The position numbers and the translations under genes are program-made. A stretch of 63,073 bases of DNA, counting the filler, from Folioceros fuciformis (lineage: Eukaryota): NCBI GenBank assembly GCA_049999805.1. It is 8 parts of 8 records of this genome, joined end to end, with 100 filler letters (N's around TTAATTAATTAA, not from the genome) between each part and the next. Parts side by side here need not be neighbours in the genome. Positions count along the whole stretch, not along the records: positions 16,441 to 30,986 come from JBNGIO010004646.1; 7 more parts are not named here. One strand, written 5' to 3'. Shown here piece after piece: positions 16,341 through 26,827 of the stretch (the stretch's first letter is position 1; every line of letters starts with the position of its first letter). The notes under the pieces are model-generated. The model was not told the DNA's origin and did no database searches. It saw nothing but the letters and a program-made list of their open reading frames with translations.

Positions 16341-16440
16341 NNNNNNNNNNNNNNNNNNNNNNNNNNNNNNNNNNNNNNNNNNNNTTAATTAATTAANNNN
16401 NNNNNNNNNNNNNNNNNNNNNNNNNNNNNNNNNNNNNNNN
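16341..16440. other. Artificial scaffold spacer (N44-TTAATTAATTAA-N44); also at 30987-31086, 44075-44174, 46566-46665, 49911-50010, 52665-52764, 61624-61723
   Basis: The identical palindromic 12-mer, with stops in all six frames, is centred in seven 100-bp N runs. Confidence 0.95.
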
Positions 16441-16886
16441 CCTTTCAAGCCGCATGTGCTTGCCTTTCAATTCTCCCTTCGCATGCACCTCACCTCGACC
16501 ATCCAAGGATTTCTTAGTACTTCTGTGCGTCAATCCCGAAGGTGCAGCTGAATGTGCGTCACGACCATCCTCCCACGTCTATCGGCCAGAGAGTGCTATG
16601 GAGTGTTCTTCCAAGATGACCTTCTCATCCACGAACGCTTCTTGTCTCTTCACTTTCCCGCTCCATTCCTTCAAAGAAGATAGTAGAGCTGGACCAGGCA
16701 TTCAAGTATGGATCCAATCCAATGTCGGGTGTTCCGTTGAACTTGTCTTCCGGCTGCGAACGTACCAGACACAGAAGGCTTCACCANNNNNNNNNNNNNN
16801 NNNNNNNNNNNNNNNNNNNNNNNNNNNNNNNNNNNNNNNNNNNNNNNNNNNNNNNNNNNNNNNNNNNNNNNNNNNNNNNNNNNNNN

Positions 16887-16955
16887 AGTATCCTCCCAGC
16901 ATTCAAAGTGGCTTCTACACTCGGAAGTGGCCTCTTTGAATGCCAGCAGGATACT
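16887..16955. ncRNA. Candidate pre-miRNA-like hairpin
   Basis: 5' arm AGTATCCTCCCAGCATTCAAAG against the reverse complement of the 3' arm, AGTATCCTGCTGGCATTCAAAG (19/22 matches), with further inner pairing and a small loop. Confidence 0.35.
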
Positions 16956-18211
16956 CGGAAGGTGACGAAGAATCTTGCAACCCCACCTTCGTGCTTGCGA
17001 ATGACAACAGTGACAATGCTGAACCGCCCCAGTAGTAGGCTTGGTGGGTGGGTTCAGTGATCCACTACACGGGTTTGAGGCAGTGAGCTGGAGGAGCACA
17101 GAGTCTCTGAGGTGACACAAACGGTGAGCACATTCAGGTACGGCGGTTGGTGCGAGAAAGCCATGGCACATATTGTTATTGTGCCCTTGAAAATGGAATT
17201 GCTCAGGAAAGTATTTCAGAATGTGACATTCTTCCCTGACAATTTGCCAGCGTCGTTCAGCTACAGTAGGTAGATTCTGCCATTCTGTCTCTCTTCGCCG
17301 CTCTCGGCTGCGATATGATCGCGGGTCCCTCCTTGTCACAGGAGAGTACGGAGGTAGCACGCAGTGGGAGAGAGCAACTGCCTTGGTGAATGGCGTTGAG
17401 TGGGATTTGCTGCTACGGATTGCCAGAGTCCCGAGTATGCACGGATCTCCATAGTGCATTATTGTAACACTCTTACCAACACTTCACACTTTTTCATCTT
17501 GCTCCACTTCCTCTTTCCCTTCAAGAAGAGGGGGTCTTTCACTACGAGGCAAGCTTGTAAATTTGTGAAGTGCAGTTTGTGACCCACGCCCACGTCTCCC
17601 CGCGTCCAGAATCTTGTCGAGTGTTGCTCACAGTAGGATCTGGAACAAGTACTTACGCATGTAAGTAACATGGGTTGAAGCCCATTATAGGACGAGCAGT
17701 GCCCCTTTTCCTGCCTTCATCCACACTGTTACATCAACCTCAGCTATTGTCGGATTCAAGCATGGATCACACCATGTGGATGACAACTGGCAAGTGGGCT
17801 AATGGCTTGAACCTGCTTGTCGGCCGGTACACGTCCAAGACTTTGGCCAAAATAAGCAAACTCAATCCCCTCGTGTTCAGCGCTAGCCTGCAGATCTACC
17901 TGAAGCGCGGAGCTTGATTTCTGCTGTAGCGGGAGGATTTGAACTTCTCTGCCGACCTTGAAGGAGGTGGAGAAAAGCTCCTCCCCTTACACCGTCCACG
18001 TTGATGACACGAGTTAGCCGAGCCTGCAGTTTCGGGCAGTCTGGCCCTGTTCAAGGCACACAGACGAAGACATGGCTACAGTCCGTGCATTGGATCGGGC
18101 ACAAGGAGCTCAGCATATAAGGGGCAGTGCAGATTGTCAAGTCATCAATTCTCTCTTGGTTCTAGATTATTGGAGCGAAAGAGGAGATTTGAGAACGCCA
18201 GGCGCTCGAGA

Positions 18212-19216
18212 ATGGGGCGCACAGCAGTTTGCTTGTTTGTGGTTCTTTTCATTGCAGGCACCGCCAATGTGGCTCAGCAGGTTGGCGCCAGCAGATCGCT
18301 CCTGACATACACCAGCGCCCCTGTTCCTGACGTAAAGCTGCCTGGCTATGGCGATGTGAGTCCCAAGAAGTATGTGAAGAAGGATGAGGAGCACAAGAAG
18401 CCGGCGGTGCACAAGCCCAAAGGGCACAAGAAGGACAAGGAGAGCTATCCTCCTCCGAAGTACCAATACAAGTCTCCACGACCACCAGTTCACCCTCCCC
18501 CTCCCCATCCCAAGTACGTCTACAAGTCACCCCCTCCAGCATCCAAGCCCGTCCACATTCCTTATCCCAAGGTGGACGACGACAAGAAGCACAGGAAGCC
18601 AAAGTACGTGAAACCGGAAGAGACGCATGAGGACAAGGAGCCCGTGGAGAAGAAATACCCAGCGTACAAGAAGCCAGCTTACAAGAAGCTAGAGGTGGAG
18701 GAGCCCACGTACGAGAAGCCAGGGGAGGAGTTGCCAAAGTATACTAAGCCTGCAGTGAAGCAGCCTGAATACAAGGTTCCCAAGATTCCCAAGGTGAAGA
18801 AGCCTGATTATAAGGTTCCCAAGATTCCCGAGGAGAAGAAGCCTGTTTACAAGGTTCCCAAGATTCCCAGGACTCCAGAGGCGAAGAAGCCTGTTTACAA
18901 GGTTCCCAAAATTCCCGAGGTGAAGAAGCCGGAATACAAGGTTCCCAAAATTCCCGAGGTGAAGAAGCCGGAATACAAGGTTCCCAAAATTCCCGAGGTG
19001 AAGAAGCCGGAATACAAGGTTCCCAANNNNNNNNNNNNNNNNNNNNNNNNNNNNNNNNNNNNNNNNNNNNNNNNNNNNNNNNNNNNNNNNNNNNNNNNNN
19101 NNNNNNNNNNNNNNNNNNNNNNNNNNGTTCCCAAAATTCCCGAGGTGAAGAAGCCGGAATACAAGGTTCCCAATGTTCCCCCTGTTTACTCTCCCGTGAC
19201 TCCTTCCAAATACTGA
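18212..19216 (+). CDS. Secreted extensin-like/proline-lysine-rich cell wall protein
   Basis: TATA at ~18116; signal peptide MGRTAVCLFVVLFIAGTANVA and a GASRSLL motif; YQYKSP and YVYKSPPP extensin motifs; 13-aa repeats KVPKIPEVKKPEY. The ORF spans an N gap. Confidence 0.85.
   Translation: MGRTAVCLFVVLFIAGTANVAQQVGASRSLLTYTSAPVPDVKLPGYGDVSPKKYVKKDEEHKKPAVHKPKGHKKDKESYPPPKYQYKSPRPPVHPPPPHPKYVYKSPPPASKPVHIPYPKVDDDKKHRKPKYVKPEETHEDKEPVEKKYPAYKKPAYKKLEVEEPTYEKPGEELPKYTKPAVKQPEYKVPKIPKVKKPDYKVPKIPEEKKPVYKVPKIPRTPEAKKPVYKVPKIPEVKKPEYKVPKIPEVKKPEYKVPKIPEVKKPEYKVPXXXXXXXXXXXXXXXXXXXXXXXXXXXXXXXXXXVPKIPEVKKPEYKVPNVPPVYSPVTPSKY
18755..19172 (+). repeat. Coding tandem repeat, 39-bp unit
   Basis: AAGGTTCCCAAAATTCCCGAGGTGAAGAAGCCGGAATAC is repeated; copy number is unresolved because of the gap. 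Confidence 0.9.
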
Positions 19217-19615
19217 AGACTCTACTGATTTGCGTCCTCTACGTACGTGTTCGATGATACATTTGGATTACAGCTCTTCGCAGGGCAAGGTCTGAGTTGC
19301 TCACTAATACTTTCACTAAACGTCAGCAGGTTCTGAAAAGAGATCCTGGAACGGAGCACAAGCCTACGGATGTAAAGCAACATCACAAGACCCACAAAGG
19401 AGACTTTGTGCGATAGTACAGAGTAGCAAATAGACTTGCTCAGCTTCACCTGATTAATTAGATACCTCGTCGAGGCCTTACGGCTCAACGTTGTGGTATC
19501 TAGGTGTCCTGAATGTTGAGTGCGATGCCTGGCATCTGATAACGAGTTTTCTTACAACTACCAAGAGTCAATCCTCCGTTCAGGGCACAGTCCAAACCAA
19601 TGAACGACATCTCAA

Positions 19616-21581
19616 TCAAGGCTTGGACGTGGTTGTCTTGGCTTTCCAGGTAGACCCAAGCTTCTGCTGAGCAGAACCTGCGGACGTGGCAGCTGGGTGG
19701 ATGCGAGCTGAGGGAGGATACCTCGCTTGGTTATCATACATATTATAGGAAAAATACCTTAGCGCAGTCATCAATCTTGCGACGAGCTTGAGGTTTGCAC
19801 GCAGGGTGGATGATTTACACGCGTCGTCTGAGCTCATAGTTCCAGAACGAAGTCTGCAGCCAGCGCGAAAGTCAGTCTCCCGTGTCAGTACTGCAAGTAT
19901 GTACATGGAAAGCCCGTGAAGAGAAGGTGGTAGACGCAAAGTGCTCTCACATTCAGAGTCGTTTTCAAGCCACTGCTCCTGATTAAGCTCGAAATGGTCG
20001 TCAAAATGACTTTGATCCGAGGCAAAATCGTCATCAGAGTCGGCCCAGTCGATGGTGAGATCGTCAAAAGAATGCATCTCGGGTGACTGCTGCTCGATTG
20101 CTTTAAAGGACTCCAGAAGGGAAGGACTTTCACACACAGTCTGCCCGCCTGCTGGCTGTCCCGTCTTGGGATCCTGTGACAGAAGACGATCGAACATGAT
20201 GTGCCTGGCTAATGATAAAAGGCTACTAAGCAGACCTCAGACACTGACCACTCACCCGGCTGGATGCAGACAGAAATTCTTCAGATGTTATTTCATCTGT
20301 GTTGTCTTTCTGAAATAGCTCCTTCAGTTGAGGCCTGCCTGACCTCTTCCGCCTGGTGTGGTGAGAACCGCAAGTGAATCCCACGTTCGTGCAGAGCTTC
20401 CGGTGTTCCCTGTCTTCCGCCTGTTCCATATGTTTACTAGAATTGATTGCCTGCTCGTGCCACCTCACAAGTGGCTTGACCACAGTCGAAGATTTTGACC
20501 TCATTCTGAACAATTTCTGCATAAAACCTGGGGAATTTGCGGTCTTCGTTGACTCGGATATTCCTTCCGCCTTTGTTTTGACGGCTATCTTAGACTTGCC
20601 ATCCCCGCGAGATGGCTGAAGCTCGCTCTTACTCCTGCTCTTCTTGGTACCGAGAAATCTGGCGACTCTTTGGAGAAGCTTCTTTTCGCTCTCTCTCCTG
20701 AACAGACTAGGTGGCACACCCAGGTCCAGGAATCCATCCAAAGAGAACATGCTATCGCCGTGTCGAATCACAATTGCTCCTTCCCGCCTGCCGGCACCGC
20801 CTTCTAACCCTGCAGCTTGCGTTGCAAACGTGGCCGCAGCGTTCACCTCCTCGCGTCTGCCATCTCCCACCCCTTCCTCCTCGAGGCCACCAGCCTCTGA
20901 AATTGATCTCGATTCCCAACAATAACCTCCAAAAACCTGCAGCTCCCCTGCGGAATTCTCCCCAAACACGGGACTATTGCGCTTTGATCTTCGAGCGCAA
21001 ATACCTTCCCCTATCTCCAGGTACTGCTTCCGAATCGCGAGCGACTCCTCCAACGGCCGAACATCATCCACTGGCTGCGGAATCCCAAGCTGAGNNNNNN
21101 NNNNNNNNNNNNNNNNNNNNNNNNNNNNNNNNNNNNNNNNNNNNNNNNNNNNNNNNNNNNNNNNNNNNNNNNNNNNNNNNNNNNNNNNNNNNNNTCTCCG
21201 ACCCGCCAACGAGCATCTCAAAACCTTCCAAGTCCCCAAGATCTCCATCCGCAAATCCCTTCAAACCAAAGGTGCCGATCGCCAGCAATCCTAAACGATC
21301 CTCATTAACCGTCGAAGCCAAACGTGCTTCGTCCAATCCAGGCTGGTGGAAGCAGCTCAGACCCGGCAGTCGACGCTTGGAGTTCTTTAGATCCGTTTGG
21401 TAGTTTCGAATGTGGCGACGGCTTTTCGTGTCATCAGCAATTGCCTCCTTCTCAGAGGATGAGAGAATCTTGAGAGGAATCCACTCGTCATCAGTATTCT
21501 TGCGTCGTATCAGGAAATAGTGTGCGCCTGGCTCTTCTAATTTGTCCCCGGCACCCCCCTTCACACGCCTCTCCGTGACCA
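19616..21581 (-). CDS. IGT-family (LAZY1/DRO1/TAC1-like) protein; first exon not identified
   Basis: Diagnostic GLLAIGTFGL motif (~21263-21292). In-phase introns at 20174-20255 and 19891-19950. The latter splits QWLENDSE|L at the position where LAZY/DRO genes split WxKTDSE|YIVLEI. Confidence 0.7.
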
Positions 21582-23157
21582 CTGCAGATCACCATCCATT
21601 CGTTCCAGACGTTGGAAGACACGTAAGTCAATTTCACAAGCTTGTCAGAGAGGCAGAACTCGGTGACACCAAATCACGCTCGTTACTCACCATTGCAAGG
21701 GTCCTTGCACGGATTCACCCGAGTCCCTTTGAAAGTACGTTGCATCCAACTCAAGAGCTGGCCAGAACAGTGTAAAACGACTGTCAAGGAAGAATGACGG
21801 CAAGATCCTATCCTTCCACGCAAACACGCACGCGCGCACGCACACACACACGAACGACCAAATTCAAGCCCACGACCACATCCGGTGCCCGGGGACGGAT
21901 CCCAAATCCACGCTCCAAGATACTCTGTGGCAAACCTTCATGTTCGCTGGCAGGATCGCCGGTGCCTAATGTCTGGGGTAGGGAGCAGGAGCTGGCCTGC
22001 GCTCCGAGAAGCGCATCTTCGGGAAAGAGACGACGAAATCCCACACTCACACCGCAGATGACGAGGACTTGAGATGAAGAGATCACAGCAGCGCAGAGGC
22101 GAGCACAGCGGAGACAGGAGAGAAGGAGGAGTAAGGGAGGCCGACATGCCACAGGCATTATATGGGCTGGACACCGAACACTCCACCTTCAGACGGTGAT
22201 GGGCAGCAGTTGCTCTGCATCATTTTCCAAAGACAAGTAGCCATGCAATTGGGCAGTGTGTCATTCACCAAGTACGAGCTTCAAGAGCGACAGGCAGCAA
22301 AATGGAGCAGTGCGCGTGCAGGTGGCGAGGCAGGAAAAATCGGAGCTGCAGTCTGCAGCATTCCGTCTCCTGCGATGCAGCAGAGCAGAGTCAATCGAGG
22401 CACGCAACGCTAGGCTCCCAGACACACGGCCCCCGGCGCCGGACGAGGAAGACCACCACGACCCAACTCCGTTTAAGGCCATGGTCGGTTTATGAGCCTA
22501 ATTATCCGTTCTGGTGGGGACTCGGTGGTTATGTAAGAGCCATCGAGAGGTGGCGGATTTTTTGTGCCGTCGGATCTGACGGGCATTAAATGGGAGATAA
22601 TGGGTGCATGGTATGGGCGGGCTGGAGTGCGGTAATCCAGCGACATTCCCATCAATGCAGGCTGGCCATCACAGACCCCACGCTACAAACTGGCTCCAGT
22701 GCGCGGGACTCCGCATGGGTTTCATCATGCTTCCCCGCTTGGTGCGGCAGCCACTCTGGGGCTTTCATGACTCGCATCATCTCCTTTTCAATTTTCATCA
22801 CACTTCACTTCCAGGAAGACATCCCTTGAGATCATCCGACGTAACCTTGCTCGCCTTGAACTTTCAAAAACGCGCAGCACGAAATCCGAGTGTGATATGA
22901 GTGGGAGGCGCTAAGCACGGAGGGACATGAATCCAGTAGCAAGAATTGGAAGTGAATCCTTCACAGCCTCGGATGAATGGCTGGGTGGATATGGGTGATT
23001 CTTTACTGGTTCTCTCGCAAGGCTCTTGTACCCGACATCGCTATACAAGCTCTGAAAACTTTATGGGCGTTCGAACGTCCTTGGAATATTATTATACTGC
23101 TTTCTTGTCCTGTGCATATCGTCTTGCCCTCGGGGGGAATGGGTGGGGTCGTCGACC

Positions 23158-26100
23158 CTAAACTCTGAAGGTGTGCATGACGCCGTCCATGTCTGTCCAC
23201 CAGGTCTGGCCCGGCTCCTTCCATGCCCCTGTTTCTTTTCTCCTCTTCTGCATCTCCTTGGCCTCCTGCCACATCTGCGCACCAGCGTATGTGTTGGCCA
23301 TCAACACGTAGGCTGCGGCATCCTTGCTGTCTAGCTTCACTGCTTCATGGAAGGCGTGGAGGGCCACTTTCAGGTTACTCCACTTTTGACAGGCGCCCAG
23401 CAGGGCGTGCCAGACAGCGCCGGAGGGCTGTACAGGCATCGTCCTCACCACTGCTAGTGCTTCATCCAGGTGGCCTGCACGACCCAGGAGGTCCACCAGG
23501 CATGAGTAGTGCTCCGCAGTGGGGGTGATGCCATACCGTCTGGTCATGGCGTCGAAGTACTCTCGCCCGTTGGTCACAAGACCTGCGTGGCTGCACACTG
23601 TTAACAGGCTGAGGAATGTGATGCTGTTGGGCTGTAGGCCATCCTCTTCCATTCTCTGGACTAGGGCGAACACCACATCACTTTCCCCTTGACGGGTGTA
23701 TCCTGCAATCAGAGAATTCCAGGCAATGATGTCTCGTTGTGACATCCCATCGAACACCTGCTGTGCGTCATCCATGCTACCAGACTTTGCATACATGTTC
23801 AGTAAACTGATGGCCAGAAACGCATCAGCTTGAAGGCCTTGCTCCACAATCTGTGCGTGAAGCTGCCTACCTGCTTGCAGAGCTGCCACAGTTGCACATG
23901 CTTGCAAAAGGCAGGCAAATGTCACAGACCCAGGCAGCGAAATGCCTTCTTGTTGCATGTCACCATAAAGGCGAAGGGCTTCCTCACTCATGCCTTGCTG
24001 GGAATATCCTGCTATTAGGGCGGTCCATGTCACCACATCTCTTTCGGGAAGCTTGTCGAACACATCCTGAGCGTCCTCTACGCTGCCACACTTTGCGTAC
24101 ATGTTCAACAGGCTGCAACCTACAACAACGTCAGCGTCAAGTCCTAGGTCCCTTATCTGCGCGTGAAGCTGCTTCCCCTTTCCCAGGGCCGGAGGACCTA
24201 CACTTGCACATGCCTGCAGGAGTGACACAAATGTCACAGACGTGGGAGCAGCACTGCATCTGTCTTGCATACAACTGTACAGGTGAAGGGCTTCCTCACC
24301 CATGCCCTGCTGGGAGTATCCTGCGATTAGTGCTGTCCAGGTTGCTGCATCTTTGTGACTGAGACTGTCAAACACCTTCTGGGCATCCTTTAGGCTGCCA
24401 CACTTTGTATACATGCTTATCAAATTGTTGGCTACAGTCATATCAGCTTCAAGTCCTCGTTCTCCAATCAGTGCATGCAGTTGCTTCCCCTTCTCCAACG
24501 CCGAGTTACCCACACTTGAACATGCCTGCAGCAGGCACACAAATGTCAAGGTATCGGGTGCAGCGACGCCTTCATCTTGCATGGCACTGAAAATATCAAG
24601 GGCTGACTGACCCATACCTTGCTGGGAATATCCAACTATCAGGGCGGTCCAGGTAACCTCATTCTTTCGCGGAAGCCTGTCAAAGACAGCCTGAGCATCC
24701 TGCAGACTGCCACACTTCGCATACATATTCACCAGGCTGCAGCCTACTACAACATCAACCTCAAATCCTCTTTCTTCAATCTGCCTATGAAGCTCCTTTC
24801 CCTTCTCCAACGCCAGGGTACCAACACTAGCGCATGCCTGCAGAAGGCACACAAATGTTACAGAATCAGGTGCATGGACACCCTCTTCTTGCATAGCGTT
24901 GTAGATGTCGAGGGCTTTCTGACCGATTGCCTGCTGTGAATAGCCTACTATCAGAGCAGTCCACGTTGCTTCACTCCTTTGTGGAAGCCTGTCAAACACA
25001 GTCTGGGCATCCTCAAGGCTACCACACTTGGCATACATGTTCACCAGGCTGCAGCCTACGACAGCATCAACCGGAATTCCTTGTTCTTCAATCTGCCTAT
25101 GAAACTCCCTTCCCGTCTCCAATGCCGCAGTACCCACAGTTGCACATGCATGAAGGAGGCACACAAATGTCACAGAATCGGGTGAAGCAATGCCTTCTTG
25201 TTGCATGGTGCTGTAAAGATGAAGGGCCTCCTGTCCCATACCCTGTTGGGAATATCCCGCCAACAGAGTGGTGCACGTCACCACATCTTTCTGACCAAGT
25301 CTGTCAAACACGCTCTGAGCATCCTCCATCATGCCACACTTTGCGTACATATTCACCAGGCTGCAACCGAGAACCACATCCACATGGAGTCTCTGTTTCT
25401 CAATCTGTCGGTGAAGTTGCTTTCCCGTTTCCAAAGCCGGGGCACCCACACTGGCACATGCCTGCAGGAGACAAACAAAAGTGACACAATCAGGTGCATC
25501 CACGCCGTCTTGCTGCATAGCACTGTATAGGAGAAGGGCTTCCTGACCCATGCCCTGCTGGTAATATCCTGTCAACATGGCATTCCATGTCACCACATCC
25601 TTTCGACCTAGTCCGTCAAACACTCTCTGAGCGTCCTCCAAGCTGCCACACTTTGCATACATGTCCACCAAGCAGTTACTAACAAACAAGTCAGGCTCGA
25701 CCCCACTGGCCATCACGTCAGCATGCACCTGCTGCCCAGCTTGCAAATCCACTCCCCTGGCGCAAGCCTGCAAGGCTGCTACAAACACATGGCAATCGGG
25801 CTTCACTTCTGAGCCACGCATTTGCTGATACAGTTGTATGGCCTCATCCGCATGCCCGTGCTTAACATACGCAGAGATTATGGAAGACCACATGAAAGCA
25901 TCTGGTTTGCCAACAATGGTGAACACATCCATCGCTTCTTGCAACCTGGCATTAGACGCGTACATTCGCAAGATGTGGTTACACAAGAAAGTGTCGGATT
26001 CATACCCGTTTTCAACAGTCAGAGCATGAACACGGCGCCCCAGAACCAGATCCTTTATGCCTACACATCTCCTTACAAGAGCATAAAAGACAGCTTTCAA

Positions 26101-26403
26101 AACACGACTGTCTGTTTGCACCAGAACCCCCAGTGCCTCCACAGCCTCATCGAGCTGGCCCCGCTCGCATAATCTAGTCACAATTTCACCTGTCACCACC
26201 CTTCCAGACTCTGCAGGCCTGCGAGGGACAGGGTCGGGACGACCCACCTGTATATCTAATTCTGCAGGGATTGGAGGTCTTGCAATAGCGCTTCTGCGAT
26301 TAGCTGCTATGCTAGGCCACGGTGGATCGGCTACAGGTCGGTGAGTGGCACCTCTTGCTGACACGCCTGCCAAGCCACCAGTTGAGCAGCTCCAGACAGC
26401 CAT
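23158..26403 (-). CDS. PLS-class PPR protein with E1/E2 and a WW-type PG box, no DYW domain; probable organellar RNA editing factor
   Basis: Intronless 1081-aa ORF with a transit-peptide-like N-terminus and ~26 P/L/S motifs (L-S, 7 PLS triplets, P2-L2-S2). E1 is GAVWHALLGAC and E2 is AAAYVLMANTY. It ends KEPGQTWWTDMDGVMHTFRV*. Confidence 0.95.
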   Translation of the reverse strand: MAVWSCSTGGLAGVSARGATHRPVADPPWPSIAANRRSAIARPPIPAELDIQVGRPDPVPRRPAESGRVVTGEIVTRLCERGQLDEAVEALGVLVQTDSRVLKAVFYALVRRCVGIKDLVLGRRVHALTVENGYESDTFLCNHILRMYASNARLQEAMDVFTIVGKPDAFMWSSIISAYVKHGHADEAIQLYQQMRGSEVKPDCHVFVAALQACARGVDLQAGQQVHADVMASGVEPDLFVSNCLVDMYAKCGSLEDAQRVFDGLGRKDVVTWNAMLTGYYQQGMGQEALLLYSAMQQDGVDAPDCVTFVCLLQACASVGAPALETGKQLHRQIEKQRLHVDVVLGCSLVNMYAKCGMMEDAQSVFDRLGQKDVVTCTTLLAGYSQQGMGQEALHLYSTMQQEGIASPDSVTFVCLLHACATVGTAALETGREFHRQIEEQGIPVDAVVGCSLVNMYAKCGSLEDAQTVFDRLPQRSEATWTALIVGYSQQAIGQKALDIYNAMQEEGVHAPDSVTFVCLLQACASVGTLALEKGKELHRQIEERGFEVDVVVGCSLVNMYAKCGSLQDAQAVFDRLPRKNEVTWTALIVGYSQQGMGQSALDIFSAMQDEGVAAPDTLTFVCLLQACSSVGNSALEKGKQLHALIGERGLEADMTVANNLISMYTKCGSLKDAQKVFDSLSHKDAATWTALIAGYSQQGMGEEALHLYSCMQDRCSAAPTSVTFVSLLQACASVGPPALGKGKQLHAQIRDLGLDADVVVGCSLLNMYAKCGSVEDAQDVFDKLPERDVVTWTALIAGYSQQGMSEEALRLYGDMQQEGISLPGSVTFACLLQACATVAALQAGRQLHAQIVEQGLQADAFLAISLLNMYAKSGSMDDAQQVFDGMSQRDIIAWNSLIAGYTRQGESDVVFALVQRMEEDGLQPNSITFLSLLTVCSHAGLVTNGREYFDAMTRRYGITPTAEHYSCLVDLLGRAGHLDEALAVVRTMPVQPSGAVWHALLGACQKWSNLKVALHAFHEAVKLDSKDAAAYVLMANTYAGAQMWQEAKEMQKRRKETGAWKEPGQTWWTDMDGVMHTFRV

Positions 26404-26827
26404 GACGGCCGAACATCAGGGCTCACAAAGACACACATTCCCGACACAATCATCGATGGAGCACTGATATGCACTTGCTTCAAAACTGAGATGTGGGGAA
26501 CAATCGGAGAGGAACTGCATCAAAAGGATGAAAATCCCAACGCCGTTGGCGACCACGTGAGGGGTCGATTTACATTACCAAATGTGGACAAGGCGCACGC
26601 ACGCAACGGGCGATGAACGCTGTTATTTATTTACAGGCCATCCGCCACACTTGCTTGCAGTGCGGCAGTACATTGTCAGCAATGCAAATAAACTAGCTCA
26701 ACGAACGGGATGAAACCCACCACACCTAAGTTGTTGCCGGGCTCCTTCGCTCATACTTCGGAAGTAGAGGAGAACTACCTACAACTGTTCCTAGGTGACT
26801 ACATAGATCAAAATATTTGAAAGATTG

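Noticed and set aside
16385..16396. Recurrent TTAATTAATTAA palindrome as a biological site
   Set aside because: It is always centred in 100-bp N runs, so it is an assembly linker.
17931..17985. Imperfect hairpin GGGAGGA...TCCTCCC
   Set aside because: The stem is short and heavily bulged, and could arise by chance.
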